64,000 nucleotides of DNA from IMG/VR virus record IMGVR_UViG_3300012347_000377, positions 128,001-192,000 of that record. One strand, 5' to 3'. Below the pieces are notes generated by a model. It was not told the origin of the DNA, made no database searches, and saw only the letters and a program-made list of their open reading frames with translations. Positions 46,633-55,386 of the stretch are shown here, in pieces (position 1 is the stretch's first letter; the number at the start of each line of letters is the position of its first letter). Source of the stretch: a virus (Duplodnaviria; Heunggongvirae; Uroviricota; Caudoviricetes). The translations under genes were made by a program, and so were the position numbers.

Positions 46633-48948
46633 ATGTTATTTCCAATGCTTTCCAATTTAGACCCGGCTTTATCTGCAACGATGAAATCTCGTGCGGGTAA
46701 AAACCAACAAGTATCCAAATTAGCTTGTTGGTTAAGAATTTCCGCATCAACCGGATTAGTATTAGAAAGTTTACCACCGAAAATGTCATTTGAAAATACC
46801 TATGGTAATACTACCAAATCGGGTAGAGTTGGGACTGATTTCGCAGGTAATTCTGTTTTTGCAGAAGGGGAGGATAGAGCATTTAGACCATCACCTGTAA
46901 TTGAATCAGTATCCGTAACCTTTGGTGCAGGAGGATTGACTAGAAAATGTAATTTTTCTATTAAATGTTTTACCCTACCTCAAGCAGAAAAATTAGCTCA
47001 ATATTTCTTAGAACCTGCATACACATGTTTGGTTGAATATGGATATAATACATCGGAATCCCTTGGTCAGAAAATAAAATTAAGTCCATGTGAGATTGCA
47101 AAATTCAATTCATACGAATATGTAAAAAACAAACAAAAAAACTCAAAATATACATATGATGGATTTATGGGTTATATCACTGGAGGTGGGTTAAAATCAG
47201 GTGATAGTGAAACTTTCATTATTGAATGTGAATTAACTACAATTGGTGAAATTCCCGCATATCTACAACAACATAGAGGAGGTGGTAGCACCGCAAATGC
47301 TCAAAATAATGGTGGTAAAACATATGATTTAGATGATATAGAAAATGTAGCAAAAAGAGATACTGGGTCAAGAAATGGTAAAGCGTTATTCATGCAAATG
47401 TATAATCGATTACCTCAAGCAAAACAAACAAATAAAGTAAAAGCATTAGCAGCAGGAGTTGATGATGAGGGTATTTCCTGGAGTGATGTTGGTAATTTCG
47501 TCAATATGGATGATGAAATTAGAAAAAAAATGATAGAAGATTTAACAAATACCAAAGTTGAAACTGAATCAGGTGATGCCCAAATACCAGAAGGTGCTCC
47601 ATTAATATCTACACATTCATATATTCGATTAGCATTAGCATTTGAAATATTAAATAGTTATGAAGTAAATTTAGAATCTAAAGATTCCGATTGCACAGGT
47701 GTATCAACATTCAGTTATGTTATTGATTATAAGAACACAATATGTAGAGCTTTCCCACTTATATTTTCTACCGATGGTAGTAAATTATTTATTCCAAATC
47801 CCAAATTACCGGATTTTGGTTTAAAGGAAGCACTTAAATCTGAAACTAAGGAAGATTTTAATATAATAAGAGCTAGTGGATATGTCAAAACCATAGATGC
47901 TAGTCAAAAATTTGAAGGAAAGGCTCATGAATTTCCACAATCAATCGATTTAAACTCAAGTAATTACAAATGGCCAAATGATTCCGTGCCATACAATATT
48001 GGTGCACGAAAATGGGGTTATTTAAAAGATTTATATATTAATTTTGAATTTTTTATTGAGGTATTAGGAAGAGCTAATTACGTTACAAAAGACGTTTATT
48101 ATGAAATATTAAATGGATTATCTACTGCAGCAAATTCAATTTGGCATTTTGAAATAACCCAATTACCAAATCCCGATAAAAAAGGTGCATATCATTTACA
48201 AATTGTTGATATGAATTTATGTGGAAACGATTCTAGTACATTTGAAAAATGTGTTAAATTTAGAGCATCAGGCGTAGATACTCCATTTTTAACATCAGAA
48301 TTATCGATGGATATACCTGGTGCTATGAAGAATATGATAGTTGGAAAGCGTAATTCTAATAATTTAGATACTGCTTCCGAAGGAAACCAACCTATAAAAT
48401 TTAATACATTATTTGCAAAAAAACAAGATCCTGTAATTAAAATATTAGATAGTTTCAAGGAAAAATCTGTTGAGACCCCATATGTGGATCCCGATGATAT
48501 AAATGGAGATAAGGCTGTTGATGCAGATGAAGCTAGAAAAGCTAATTATGAATTATTTATGTCTAAGGCAGTAGTTGTTACGAATTTAAAGGATAGAGAA
48601 GCAGATATGGATGCAGCCGAAGGTTCGTGGTATAATGTATTCAATAATGCAGATGCAAACATTGAAGATATAGCATTTGTTGCAGCATGGAATGATGTGG
48701 ATTTATTTAGAAAATTAGATTTAAATAGTAAAGGTGCAGGAGATGCTAATAATATTCTATTACCAATTCAATTTTCATTTACCACATTTGGAATTTCTGG
48801 TATAAAAACGGGTGATATGTTTAGAATCATTGATTTACCTAAACAATATACAACTTCGGTATTTCAAGTAGTAGAAGTATCACATGAATTATCAAATGGA
48901 TTATGGCAAACATCGGTAGTTGGTAAAATGAGAAATACAGGAGGATAA
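46633..48948 (+). CDS. Baseplate hub-like protein (gp27-like)
   Basis: LVEYGY; C-terminal GISGIKTGDMF...FQVVEVSHEL...WQTSVVG; synteny. Confidence 0.6.
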   Translation: MLFPMLSNLDPALSATMKSRAGKNQQVSKLACWLRISASTGLVLESLPPKMSFENTYGNTTKSGRVGTDFAGNSVFAEGEDRAFRPSPVIESVSVTFGAGGLTRKCNFSIKCFTLPQAEKLAQYFLEPAYTCLVEYGYNTSESLGQKIKLSPCEIAKFNSYEYVKNKQKNSKYTYDGFMGYITGGGLKSGDSETFIIECELTTIGEIPAYLQQHRGGGSTANAQNNGGKTYDLDDIENVAKRDTGSRNGKALFMQMYNRLPQAKQTNKVKALAAGVDDEGISWSDVGNFVNMDDEIRKKMIEDLTNTKVETESGDAQIPEGAPLISTHSYIRLALAFEILNSYEVNLESKDSDCTGVSTFSYVIDYKNTICRAFPLIFSTDGSKLFIPNPKLPDFGLKEALKSETKEDFNIIRASGYVKTIDASQKFEGKAHEFPQSIDLNSSNYKWPNDSVPYNIGARKWGYLKDLYINFEFFIEVLGRANYVTKDVYYEILNGLSTAANSIWHFEITQLPNPDKKGAYHLQIVDMNLCGNDSSTFEKCVKFRASGVDTPFLTSELSMDIPGAMKNMIVGKRNSNNLDTASEGNQPIKFNTLFAKKQDPVIKILDSFKEKSVETPYVDPDDINGDKAVDADEARKANYELFMSKAVVVTNLKDREADMDAAEGSWYNVFNNADANIEDIAFVAAWNDVDLFRKLDLNSKGAGDANNILLPIQFSFTTFGISGIKTGDMFRIIDLPKQYTTSVFQVVEVSHELSNGLWQTSVVGKMRNTGG

Positions 48949-49337
48949 TGAGTATATTAGATTCATATAAACAATTAACTCAAAATAAATTATTTAGATT
49001 GAGAACGAATATCGAAACACATATTCCAAACCCTTCTGCAGAAGAATATAAACGTGGTTGGATAACTAGATATTTTATACAAAAAACTAATGATAAAACT
49101 TCACCTATATTTGAAGTAAATTCCCATCAGTTTTCAAAATCATTATCAAATGATTTATACACAACGGTTTCAATTCGTTGGAGAATCAGTGGTCCTAAAG
49201 AAACCATCTATGATTCGGTTGGTAATGTAAAAGAAAAGAGTGTTTCTGATTCAAATAGAATTGCAATTCAATTAGTATATGATAGAATTCCAAATTTAAA
49301 ATTATATTTACCAAATCTTTTACAATTTTACAAATAA
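48948..49337 (+). CDS. Conserved hypothetical baseplate-region protein
   Basis: 129 aa, AGGAGG upstream. Confidence 0.6.
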   Translation: MSILDSYKQLTQNKLFRLRTNIETHIPNPSAEEYKRGWITRYFIQKTNDKTSPIFEVNSHQFSKSLSNDLYTTVSIRWRISGPKETIYDSVGNVKEKSVSDSNRIAIQLVYDRIPNLKLYLPNLLQFYK

Positions 49338-49340
49338 TAT

Positions 49341-49349
49341 ATATTTATA
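49341..49349 (+). promoter_or_regulatory. Putative late promoter of the dioxygenase
   Basis: ATATTTATA. Confidence 0.65.
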
Positions 49350-49367
49350 TAAAACAAAACAAGTTAT

Positions 49368-50150
49368 ATGAGCAGTTTCAAACATCTTACAAGAGAAGAA
49401 ATTCAACAAATGACGTTCGATTGGCGTTATAGAGGTTGGACAGTATTACAATTACTTACTGAAGAGGAATGTGATGAAATCAACGAAGAATTAGAAAAGT
49501 TGAGAGTAGAACGTTCTAAAACCACCAAAGAAGGTGGTGAAGAATGGGGAGAATGGGACCCATTTGCATATCCACATAAAATTTCACCAAAATTAGAAAA
49601 ATTATTTGCACACCCTAAAGTATTAGAGGCTTGTGAATTCCTTATGGAAGGTGATGTTGTTGGATTACAGACATGGTCTTACTTTAAACCACCGGGACAA
49701 TTGGGTAGAGATATGCATCAAAACGCATTCTACACCGGTTGTGGGCATAACGAAATTATCAACACTGCTCTTGCATTGGATAATCATGACAAACAAAATG
49801 GTGCGGTATGGAACTACGAAGGTTCACATCGTTTACCGGTATTACCTATCGAAGTGGATGAAGAACGAGCTCAAACTAATCCTAAGTTTTGGAGAAACGA
49901 AAGAGGTAAACCTTGTGTAATGCCAGAAGGACATGATTTCCGTAAAGTAGAAGGTTATTTACAAAAAGGACAAGTGGTATTATTACACTCACATTGTGTT
50001 CATGGTTCAGAACCAAATGATTCAAATCGTTTCCGTAGAAATTTCTTAGGTGGATATTTGAAAAAAGGTGCATACTTTAATCAAGGTGGTCATATGAAAA
50101 GAGAACCAATTGATATGTATGAATTAAGAAAACAACATTGGGGAGAATAG
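49368..50150 (+). CDS. PhyH-family 2OG-Fe(II) dioxygenase
   Basis: YFKPPG...HQN...ALD...NGA...GSH...HGSEPN.S.R.R. Confidence 0.85.
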   Translation: MSSFKHLTREEIQQMTFDWRYRGWTVLQLLTEEECDEINEELEKLRVERSKTTKEGGEEWGEWDPFAYPHKISPKLEKLFAHPKVLEACEFLMEGDVVGLQTWSYFKPPGQLGRDMHQNAFYTGCGHNEIINTALALDNHDKQNGAVWNYEGSHRLPVLPIEVDEERAQTNPKFWRNERGKPCVMPEGHDFRKVEGYLQKGQVVLLHSHCVHGSEPNDSNRFRRNFLGGYLKKGAYFNQGGHMKREPIDMYELRKQHWGE

Positions 50151-50203
50151 CCCATTGATATTGAATATATTATAACCCATTGAAAATCAATGGGTTATTT
50201 TTT
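50148..50203. repeat. Tandem 25-bp elements; the second is a hairpin/terminator
   Basis: TAACCCATTGAAAATCAATGGGTTA preceded by a degenerate copy; repeated at 58061-58117. Confidence 0.8.
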
Positions 50204-50237
50204 GCTATAAAAAAAGTAAAAAATAATTCACTTTTTA

Positions 50238-50275
50238 TTTGGATATATCGATTTTTCTTCGTATGTTAGCTTTGT
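50238..50275 (+). promoter_or_regulatory. Bacteroidota-type early promoter
   Basis: TTTG-N20-TAtgTTAG-CTTTG. Confidence 0.8.
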
Positions 50276-50306
50276 AATAAGAGATAAACATTAAAAGATA
50301 AAAGAT

Positions 50307-50534
50307 ATGAAAATCAAAGAATTTTATTTAGAAGCCTTTCCAACTGATGAATTGGGTGTTGAAATTAATAAAGAAGCAAATTTTGGTATGTTGTGGGCTG
50401 CAATTAGAGGTGGGTGTGTTTATGAATACATCGGTGTGTTTGATAGTATAGTAAGAGAACGAGTATTTGAAAAGTTCGCTGAAATCACTGGTCATGATTA
50501 TGATTACATTTATCAAGAATGGTTAAACGCTTAA
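50307..50534 (+). CDS. Small early hypothetical protein
   Basis: 75 aa ORF behind early promoter. Confidence 0.7.
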   Translation: MKIKEFYLEAFPTDELGVEINKEANFGMLWAAIRGGCVYEYIGVFDSIVRERVFEKFAEITGHDYDYIYQEWLNA

Positions 50535-50543
50535 AATTCATAT

Positions 50544-50681
50544 ATGGAACGAATTAAATTAGAAAAAGTGGTATTGAGTATGAGTGAGATTAGAATGGCC
50601 ACTCGTCCAAACATATATAAAAACAAAAAGAAATATAGTAGAAAACCTAAACACACTAAAAATGAGTTATACAAAGTTTGA
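50544..50681 (+). CDS. 45-aa basic micro-protein, ArfA-like (not in the ORF track)
   Basis: MERIKLEKVVLSMSEIRMATRPNIYKNKKKYSRKPKHTKNELYKV translated by hand. Confidence 0.6.
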   Translation: MERIKLEKVVLSMSEIRMATRPNIYKNKKKYSRKPKHTKNELYKV

Positions 50682-50910
50682 TAGACATGCTAATATGAGT
50701 TCCGAAACCCTAAGTGAACTAATGGATATTTTAAAAGATGTTCGTTGGGAAACTAGCTTTCAACTTAATAATATGATTTACGGATTATTCGATGGTTATT
50801 TATATGATGAAATACTTTCAACTGCAAAATTGGAGGCATCATCGGAGAGTTATAAACGAATAAAAAAAGTTGTAAATATTGTAAAAAAATATCCTAAAAT
50901 ATTTGGATAA
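50662..50910 (+). CDS. Early hypothetical protein
   Basis: Start re-called at MSYTKF (50662). Confidence 0.65.
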   Translation: MSYTKFDRHANMSSETLSELMDILKDVRWETSFQLNNMIYGLFDGYLYDEILSTAKLEASSESYKRIKKVVNIVKKYPKIFG

Positions 50911-50940
50911 TACAGATAAAAGTTGTATATTAGCTGTATA
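50902..50940 (+). promoter_or_regulatory. Bacteroidota-type early promoter
   Basis: TTTG-N20-TAtaTTAG-CTGTA. Confidence 0.75.
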
Positions 50941-50976
50941 AGATTGAGAGATAATAAACCTTTAAAATATAAAATT

Positions 50977-51336
50977 ATGAGTTTACCATTTAATGTTAAT
51001 TCAGTTCTTGCTTCCGCTTCGTTAATCGAAGGTTACGATGTTATTAAAAACGCTTTTCCAGTTGAGGGTAAGTATGTAAAACGAGTTATTACATATATGG
51101 ATGCAGTTTACAATGCATTAGATGAGGTTGCTGAAGATTATTCAGATTGGCCAGAAGACCAAGGGTTTGGTTCATCCGATATGACTTACGTTCGTAAATC
51201 ATTTATAGATACTATGATTGATATTGCTAACCTTAGAGGTTATTATGAAACAAAGTTTGACCCTTATTTAAAAGTGGTTGAATATTCAGAGGCTGAGTAT
51301 CACGAAACAATGTTGAGAAGAGAACAAGGATTATAA
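50977..51336 (+). CDS. Early hypothetical protein
   Basis: Start re-called at MSLPFN (50977), downstream of the promoter. Confidence 0.7.
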   Translation: MSLPFNVNSVLASASLIEGYDVIKNAFPVEGKYVKRVITYMDAVYNALDEVAEDYSDWPEDQGFGSSDMTYVRKSFIDTMIDIANLRGYYETKFDPYLKVVEYSEAEYHETMLRREQGL

Positions 51337-51352
51337 TATTAAAACATAAATT

Positions 51353-51718
51353 ATGAAAATTAAAAAGATAAACAAAGAGCAATTAGTTTCATTAAATATT
51401 TCTGATGAAAAATTATTAGATGAATATAAATTTTATCCAGAAAAGATTGTTAAAATACCATTTACCAATATAGTTTTATCACATACTATTGCAGGTTGGT
51501 CTATACCAAATAAATGTGGGTTATACTTCATTAGTTCAGATGAGATGGAAGGATATTCGGTAAAGAATGATACACTATATCGTAAACCATTTATCCACTT
51601 AACGTTTTCAAGTGGATATAGAGATGATATTCGTTTATACTTTGATACATTTCAAGAGGCGAACCAATGGGTTGAAACAACGTTAGGTAATATTAAACTA
51701 ATTGAAATTAAGAAATAA
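51353..51718 (+). CDS. Hypothetical protein
   Basis: 121 aa ORF in operon. Confidence 0.6.
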   Translation: MKIKKINKEQLVSLNISDEKLLDEYKFYPEKIVKIPFTNIVLSHTIAGWSIPNKCGLYFISSDEMEGYSVKNDTLYRKPFIHLTFSSGYRDDIRLYFDTFQEANQWVETTLGNIKLIEIKK

Positions 51719-52047
51719 TGAAAGGATGGTATTGTATTTATGAATGTGCAAAAAACCAATGGTTATATGATGGAATTATGTGGGTAAATGATAGAGATTT
51801 ACAACAGATGTCAATAGGAGCTAAACATGCAATCCAAGTTAGTCAATCGTATAATTACAACCCCAATTTACCACAGATAGAAATTATAGATACTCAAACT
51901 ACATCGGTATTATGTGAAGGTGGTAATACAATAGACCCACATCAAATAATGAAATTTGAAACAATGTTAGAAGCAGAAGAGTTTTTGATGAAAATGTTTA
52001 CATCTACTTATGGAAGTTTCTTTTCAATACGAAAAATATATTTTTAA
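51718..52047 (+). CDS. Hypothetical protein
   Basis: 109 aa, TAATG coupling. Confidence 0.6.
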   Translation: MKGWYCIYECAKNQWLYDGIMWVNDRDLQQMSIGAKHAIQVSQSYNYNPNLPQIEIIDTQTTSVLCEGGNTIDPHQIMKFETMLEAEEFLMKMFTSTYGSFFSIRKIYF

Positions 52048-52053
52048 AATAAA

Positions 52054-52087
52054 TTAGGTAATCTCACAAATAATTCGTATCTTTGTA
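52054..52087 (+). promoter_or_regulatory. Bacteroidota-type promoter, ATG 4 nt downstream (near-leaderless)
   Basis: TTAG-N20-TAtcTTTG. Confidence 0.75.
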
Positions 52088-52089
52088 AA

Positions 52090-53367
52090 ATGATTATAGT
52101 AGAATCTCAAAAAGAGATAGGTGATTTTTTAAACCAATGGGAAACTAAATCCTCATTGGTTATTCCTATTTGGGCCGATTTGGAATGTCATCCTATGAAT
52201 ACTCATTTGGCGTTCTTATATGTGAGATTTACCGAAGGAACTTATATTATTCCATTTGATCACAACGATTGTGAAAAAATCCAAATTGATTTATCTAAAT
52301 CTACCCAACAAAAATGGGTATGGAATAAGAAAGGTATTTTACAAACTCCAATCAATTTACAAAACATCTACGATATACAAAGTCAATCGTTCTTCATTCA
52401 TAATAAACTAATCGATTTAAACACCCAATTAGAACCTATAACGAACTTCTATACTCGTTTGGGATTACGTGATGGATTAGGTAAATCAATCCCTATAATG
52501 AAGTGGATTGAGGTTTTAAATGGTATTACGAATGGATGGTCATTTTTACCATTAAATGAGAAAAGTGGTAAAATTGAGTGGATTGATGATACGATGATTC
52601 CTATCCTTTCAGAGATTGAGAAAATGGGCATCCACGTCGCCACCGAAAAATTTTTTGATAGATGGCCACATAATTCCAAACACTTACACAATGCTATCAT
52701 TTGGAGTGAATATAACCCCTATACCCTTACCTCACGTCCCTCTAACCGACACGGAGGTATAAACTTTGGTGCGTTGAATAAAAAGGATGGATCGAGAGAA
52801 GTATTCATTCCAAGAGAAGGAACAATATTCTTACAATTCGATTATGATGCATACCACGTCCGAATTATTGGTAAGTTGATTGGATACGATTTACCAACAA
52901 CCTCCGTTCACCAATGGTTAGCAGACCAATATGGATGTCCTTATGATGAATCCAAAGGAAGAACATTCCGAATCCTTTATGGGGGTGTAAGTGATGAAGA
53001 TAAACAAATTCCGTTTTTTAAGGAGGTTGATGATTTCATCCAACGGGTCTATTCCGAATCCCAACAAAGAGGATACATCCTAACCCCAAAGGGAAGGAAA
53101 ATACCTCTCCATTGGATTGAAGGAGAAAACCCCCAAAAGGTATTTAACTATTTATTACAAGCAACGGAAACGGAGTTTAATATGGAGGTCTTAAAAAGAT
53201 TAAAGGAAGGTAATCACCCACTACCTATATTATATACCTACGACTCCTTTTTATTTGAGTATGGATTAAGTTGGGACACTGAACCGGCTAAGAGGATTAA
53301 GTCCGTTCTCGAAAGTTTTGGATTTCCCATAAAAGCGAGTTGGGGAACGGATTACTCAAAAGTTTAA
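52090..53367 (+). CDS. Truncated family A DNA polymerase-like protein
   Basis: TSRPSN, FDYDAYHVR (motif A), KGRTFRILYG (B), NYLLQA, YTYDSFLF (C). Confidence 0.8.
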   Translation: MIIVESQKEIGDFLNQWETKSSLVIPIWADLECHPMNTHLAFLYVRFTEGTYIIPFDHNDCEKIQIDLSKSTQQKWVWNKKGILQTPINLQNIYDIQSQSFFIHNKLIDLNTQLEPITNFYTRLGLRDGLGKSIPIMKWIEVLNGITNGWSFLPLNEKSGKIEWIDDTMIPILSEIEKMGIHVATEKFFDRWPHNSKHLHNAIIWSEYNPYTLTSRPSNRHGGINFGALNKKDGSREVFIPREGTIFLQFDYDAYHVRIIGKLIGYDLPTTSVHQWLADQYGCPYDESKGRTFRILYGGVSDEDKQIPFFKEVDDFIQRVYSESQQRGYILTPKGRKIPLHWIEGENPQKVFNYLLQATETEFNMEVLKRLKEGNHPLPILYTYDSFLFEYGLSWDTEPAKRIKSVLESFGFPIKASWGTDYSKV

Positions 53368-53375
53368 TATTTATA
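53367..53375 (+). promoter_or_regulatory. Putative late promoter of the nuclease operon
   Basis: ATATTTATA. Confidence 0.65.
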
Positions 53376-53397
53376 TACTAAGACACTTTAGTATATT

Positions 53398-54027
53398 ATG
53401 AAAAAATTTTTTACATTAAATTTATTATTATTCTTTGCTCTAATTTCATTTGGGCAAGATGTTGTAATTTTAAAACACCAAAATTACACCTCACATTTCA
53501 GTAAATCAAAAAAATATCCGGTAATGGTTCAATGGGAAACAACTACTGCAATGGTAGGATGTCCGACTCCGTTAAAACGAAAAGATAATTTTAAACCCGA
53601 CCCACAATTACCAAACGAAACTAATATTGGAGCGGATTATGTGAAAAGTGGATATGATAGAGGACACGTAATGCCAGCCGCAGATAATTTATGTCAAACT
53701 CCAATCGTACAAGATGAATGTTTTTATTTTTCAAATATGATTCCACAAACCCATAGATTAAATGCAGGAGATTGGAAATCATTGGAAACAGCGACTCGTA
53801 ATTGGGCAATGATAAGTGCAAAGGTAAGAGTGTGGAGTGGTGCAGTAGGAGAACAAAAAAAGATAGGTTCAATATCAGTTCCGACACAATGTTGGAAAGT
53901 AGTAGAAATAGCAGGTAAGAAAACGGCATATCTATTCAATAATGATTTATCAAATCCAGATGGGTTTGCTAACAACGAAGTTCCATTAGCACAAATCGAA
54001 AAACTAACAGGGTTTAAGTTTAAATAA
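53398..54027 (+). CDS. Secreted DNA/RNA non-specific endonuclease (NucA/EndoG family)
   Basis: Signal peptide ...ISFG-Q; SGYDRGHV, SNMIPQ...LN...W..LE. Confidence 0.92.
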   Translation: MKKFFTLNLLLFFALISFGQDVVILKHQNYTSHFSKSKKYPVMVQWETTTAMVGCPTPLKRKDNFKPDPQLPNETNIGADYVKSGYDRGHVMPAADNLCQTPIVQDECFYFSNMIPQTHRLNAGDWKSLETATRNWAMISAKVRVWSGAVGEQKKIGSISVPTQCWKVVEIAGKKTAYLFNNDLSNPDGFANNEVPLAQIEKLTGFKFK

Positions 54028-54031
54028 GATA

Positions 54032-54295
54032 ATGAAAGATTGGGGAGAATTTCTTAAAGATAATTATGATGGTAGAAAACCTCTAAGTGAAGTCACTAGA
54101 GATTATTACCTTTATATGCAACAAGAAGAAGTTCCTCAATTACCTGATTATGGGTTTCTTTTAAGTTTTTACAATTATGTAAAGAGTGGGGGTAGTTTAG
54201 AACAAACTACTCCCATTCAACCATTGGAAGGATTCTTATTGTTAGAAACTGGCGGAATGATATTACAAGAAAATGGGGATAAAATATATTTATAG
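54032..54295 (+). CDS. Small protein with C-terminal LLLETGG.ILQENG motif
   Basis: 87 aa, coupled to the downstream fibre-like gene. Confidence 0.6.
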   Translation: MKDWGEFLKDNYDGRKPLSEVTRDYYLYMQQEEVPQLPDYGFLLSFYNYVKSGGSLEQTTPIQPLEGFLLLETGGMILQENGDKIYL

Positions 54296-54298
54296 ATT

Positions 54299-55327
54299 AT
54301 GGCAGATAAACGAATATCAGATTTAAATTTACATACATCACTTGAACTAAGTGATTCATTACCCATTATCAATAATAATGAAACCAAAAAAACTACATAT
54401 GGTTCGTTGTATTATGGTATTAGAGATGGCGTAGTAAGTGGCTCACAGCAAATATCTGATTTTGGGTTTGCAACCACTGGTTCTAATGTATTTATCGGAA
54501 ATGAAACCATAAGTGGTTCATTCTTAGTAAGTGGTTCAACTACTCAAATTGGAAATAATACATTGGAAGGTAATACTCTTTTAGTTGGAACAATTGGAAT
54601 TACAGGTAACTCTACTTTAACCGGTTCATTCTTAGTAAGTGGTTCAACTACTCAAATTGGAAATAATACCTTATTGGGTAATACTCAATTATATGGTAAT
54701 ATAGATGTAAGTGGTTCAACTAAATTTCATAATCACTTAATTGAAATGACTGGTTCTATGTTTACAAGTGGTTCGCAAGTAATCACCGGTTCATTGGATA
54801 TTAACGGAAACATAAATGTAGCAAGTGGTTCTGCGTTTTATCGTTGGGGGAATAAATTATTCAACTATGGTGCATTTTCCGATACAACAATACAAACTGC
54901 ATCGGTAGCACAAGAAGATACTGAATTACTTATGAGATTTAATACTACCGATATTGGTGGCCATGGTATTTATATTGCAAGTGGTAGTAGAGCATATGTT
55001 GAAAATACAGGAATATATAATATACAATTTTCAGCACAATTTGATAGATTTAGTTCAAGTGGTATAAAAGTATTATCAATCTGGTTGAAAAAAGATGGTA
55101 ATAATGTTCCAAATTCATGTACTGATATTGTAGTATCAGGTGGTGCAAGTGAAGGAGCAGTGGTAGCAGCATGGAATTTTGTATATCCAATTGAAGCAGG
55201 TCATTATGTTGAATTAGCTTGGAGCACACCAGATCATAATATAGGAATATCCTCACTTGGAACAAGAACTACACCAATAAGACCAGCAGTTCCATCTACT
55301 ATATTAACATTGACACAAATAGCATAA
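54299..55327 (+). CDS. Fibre/spike-like protein with C-terminal C1q/TNF-like jelly-roll
   Basis: MADKRISDL N-terminus, SGS repeats, GIYNIQFSAQF...GHYVELAW; 47-nt internal direct repeat. Confidence 0.65.
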   Translation: MADKRISDLNLHTSLELSDSLPIINNNETKKTTYGSLYYGIRDGVVSGSQQISDFGFATTGSNVFIGNETISGSFLVSGSTTQIGNNTLEGNTLLVGTIGITGNSTLTGSFLVSGSTTQIGNNTLLGNTQLYGNIDVSGSTKFHNHLIEMTGSMFTSGSQVITGSLDINGNINVASGSAFYRWGNKLFNYGAFSDTTIQTASVAQEDTELLMRFNTTDIGGHGIYIASGSRAYVENTGIYNIQFSAQFDRFSSSGIKVLSIWLKKDGNNVPNSCTDIVVSGGASEGAVVAAWNFVYPIEAGHYVELAWSTPDHNIGISSLGTRTTPIRPAVPSTILTLTQIA

Positions 55328-55331
55328 TAAA

Positions 55332-55365
55332 TTTGGATATGTCAAATATTATTCGTATATTTGTA
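55332..55365 (+). promoter_or_regulatory. Bacteroidota-type promoter
   Basis: TTTG-N20-TAtaTTTG. Confidence 0.85.
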
Positions 55366-55386
55366 ATATCATAAAAAAGTAAAAAA

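Noticed and set aside
22085-49920. Nested + strand ORFs 22085-22282 and 49633-49920
   Set aside because: Alternate-frame ORFs inside strong genes, no independent support
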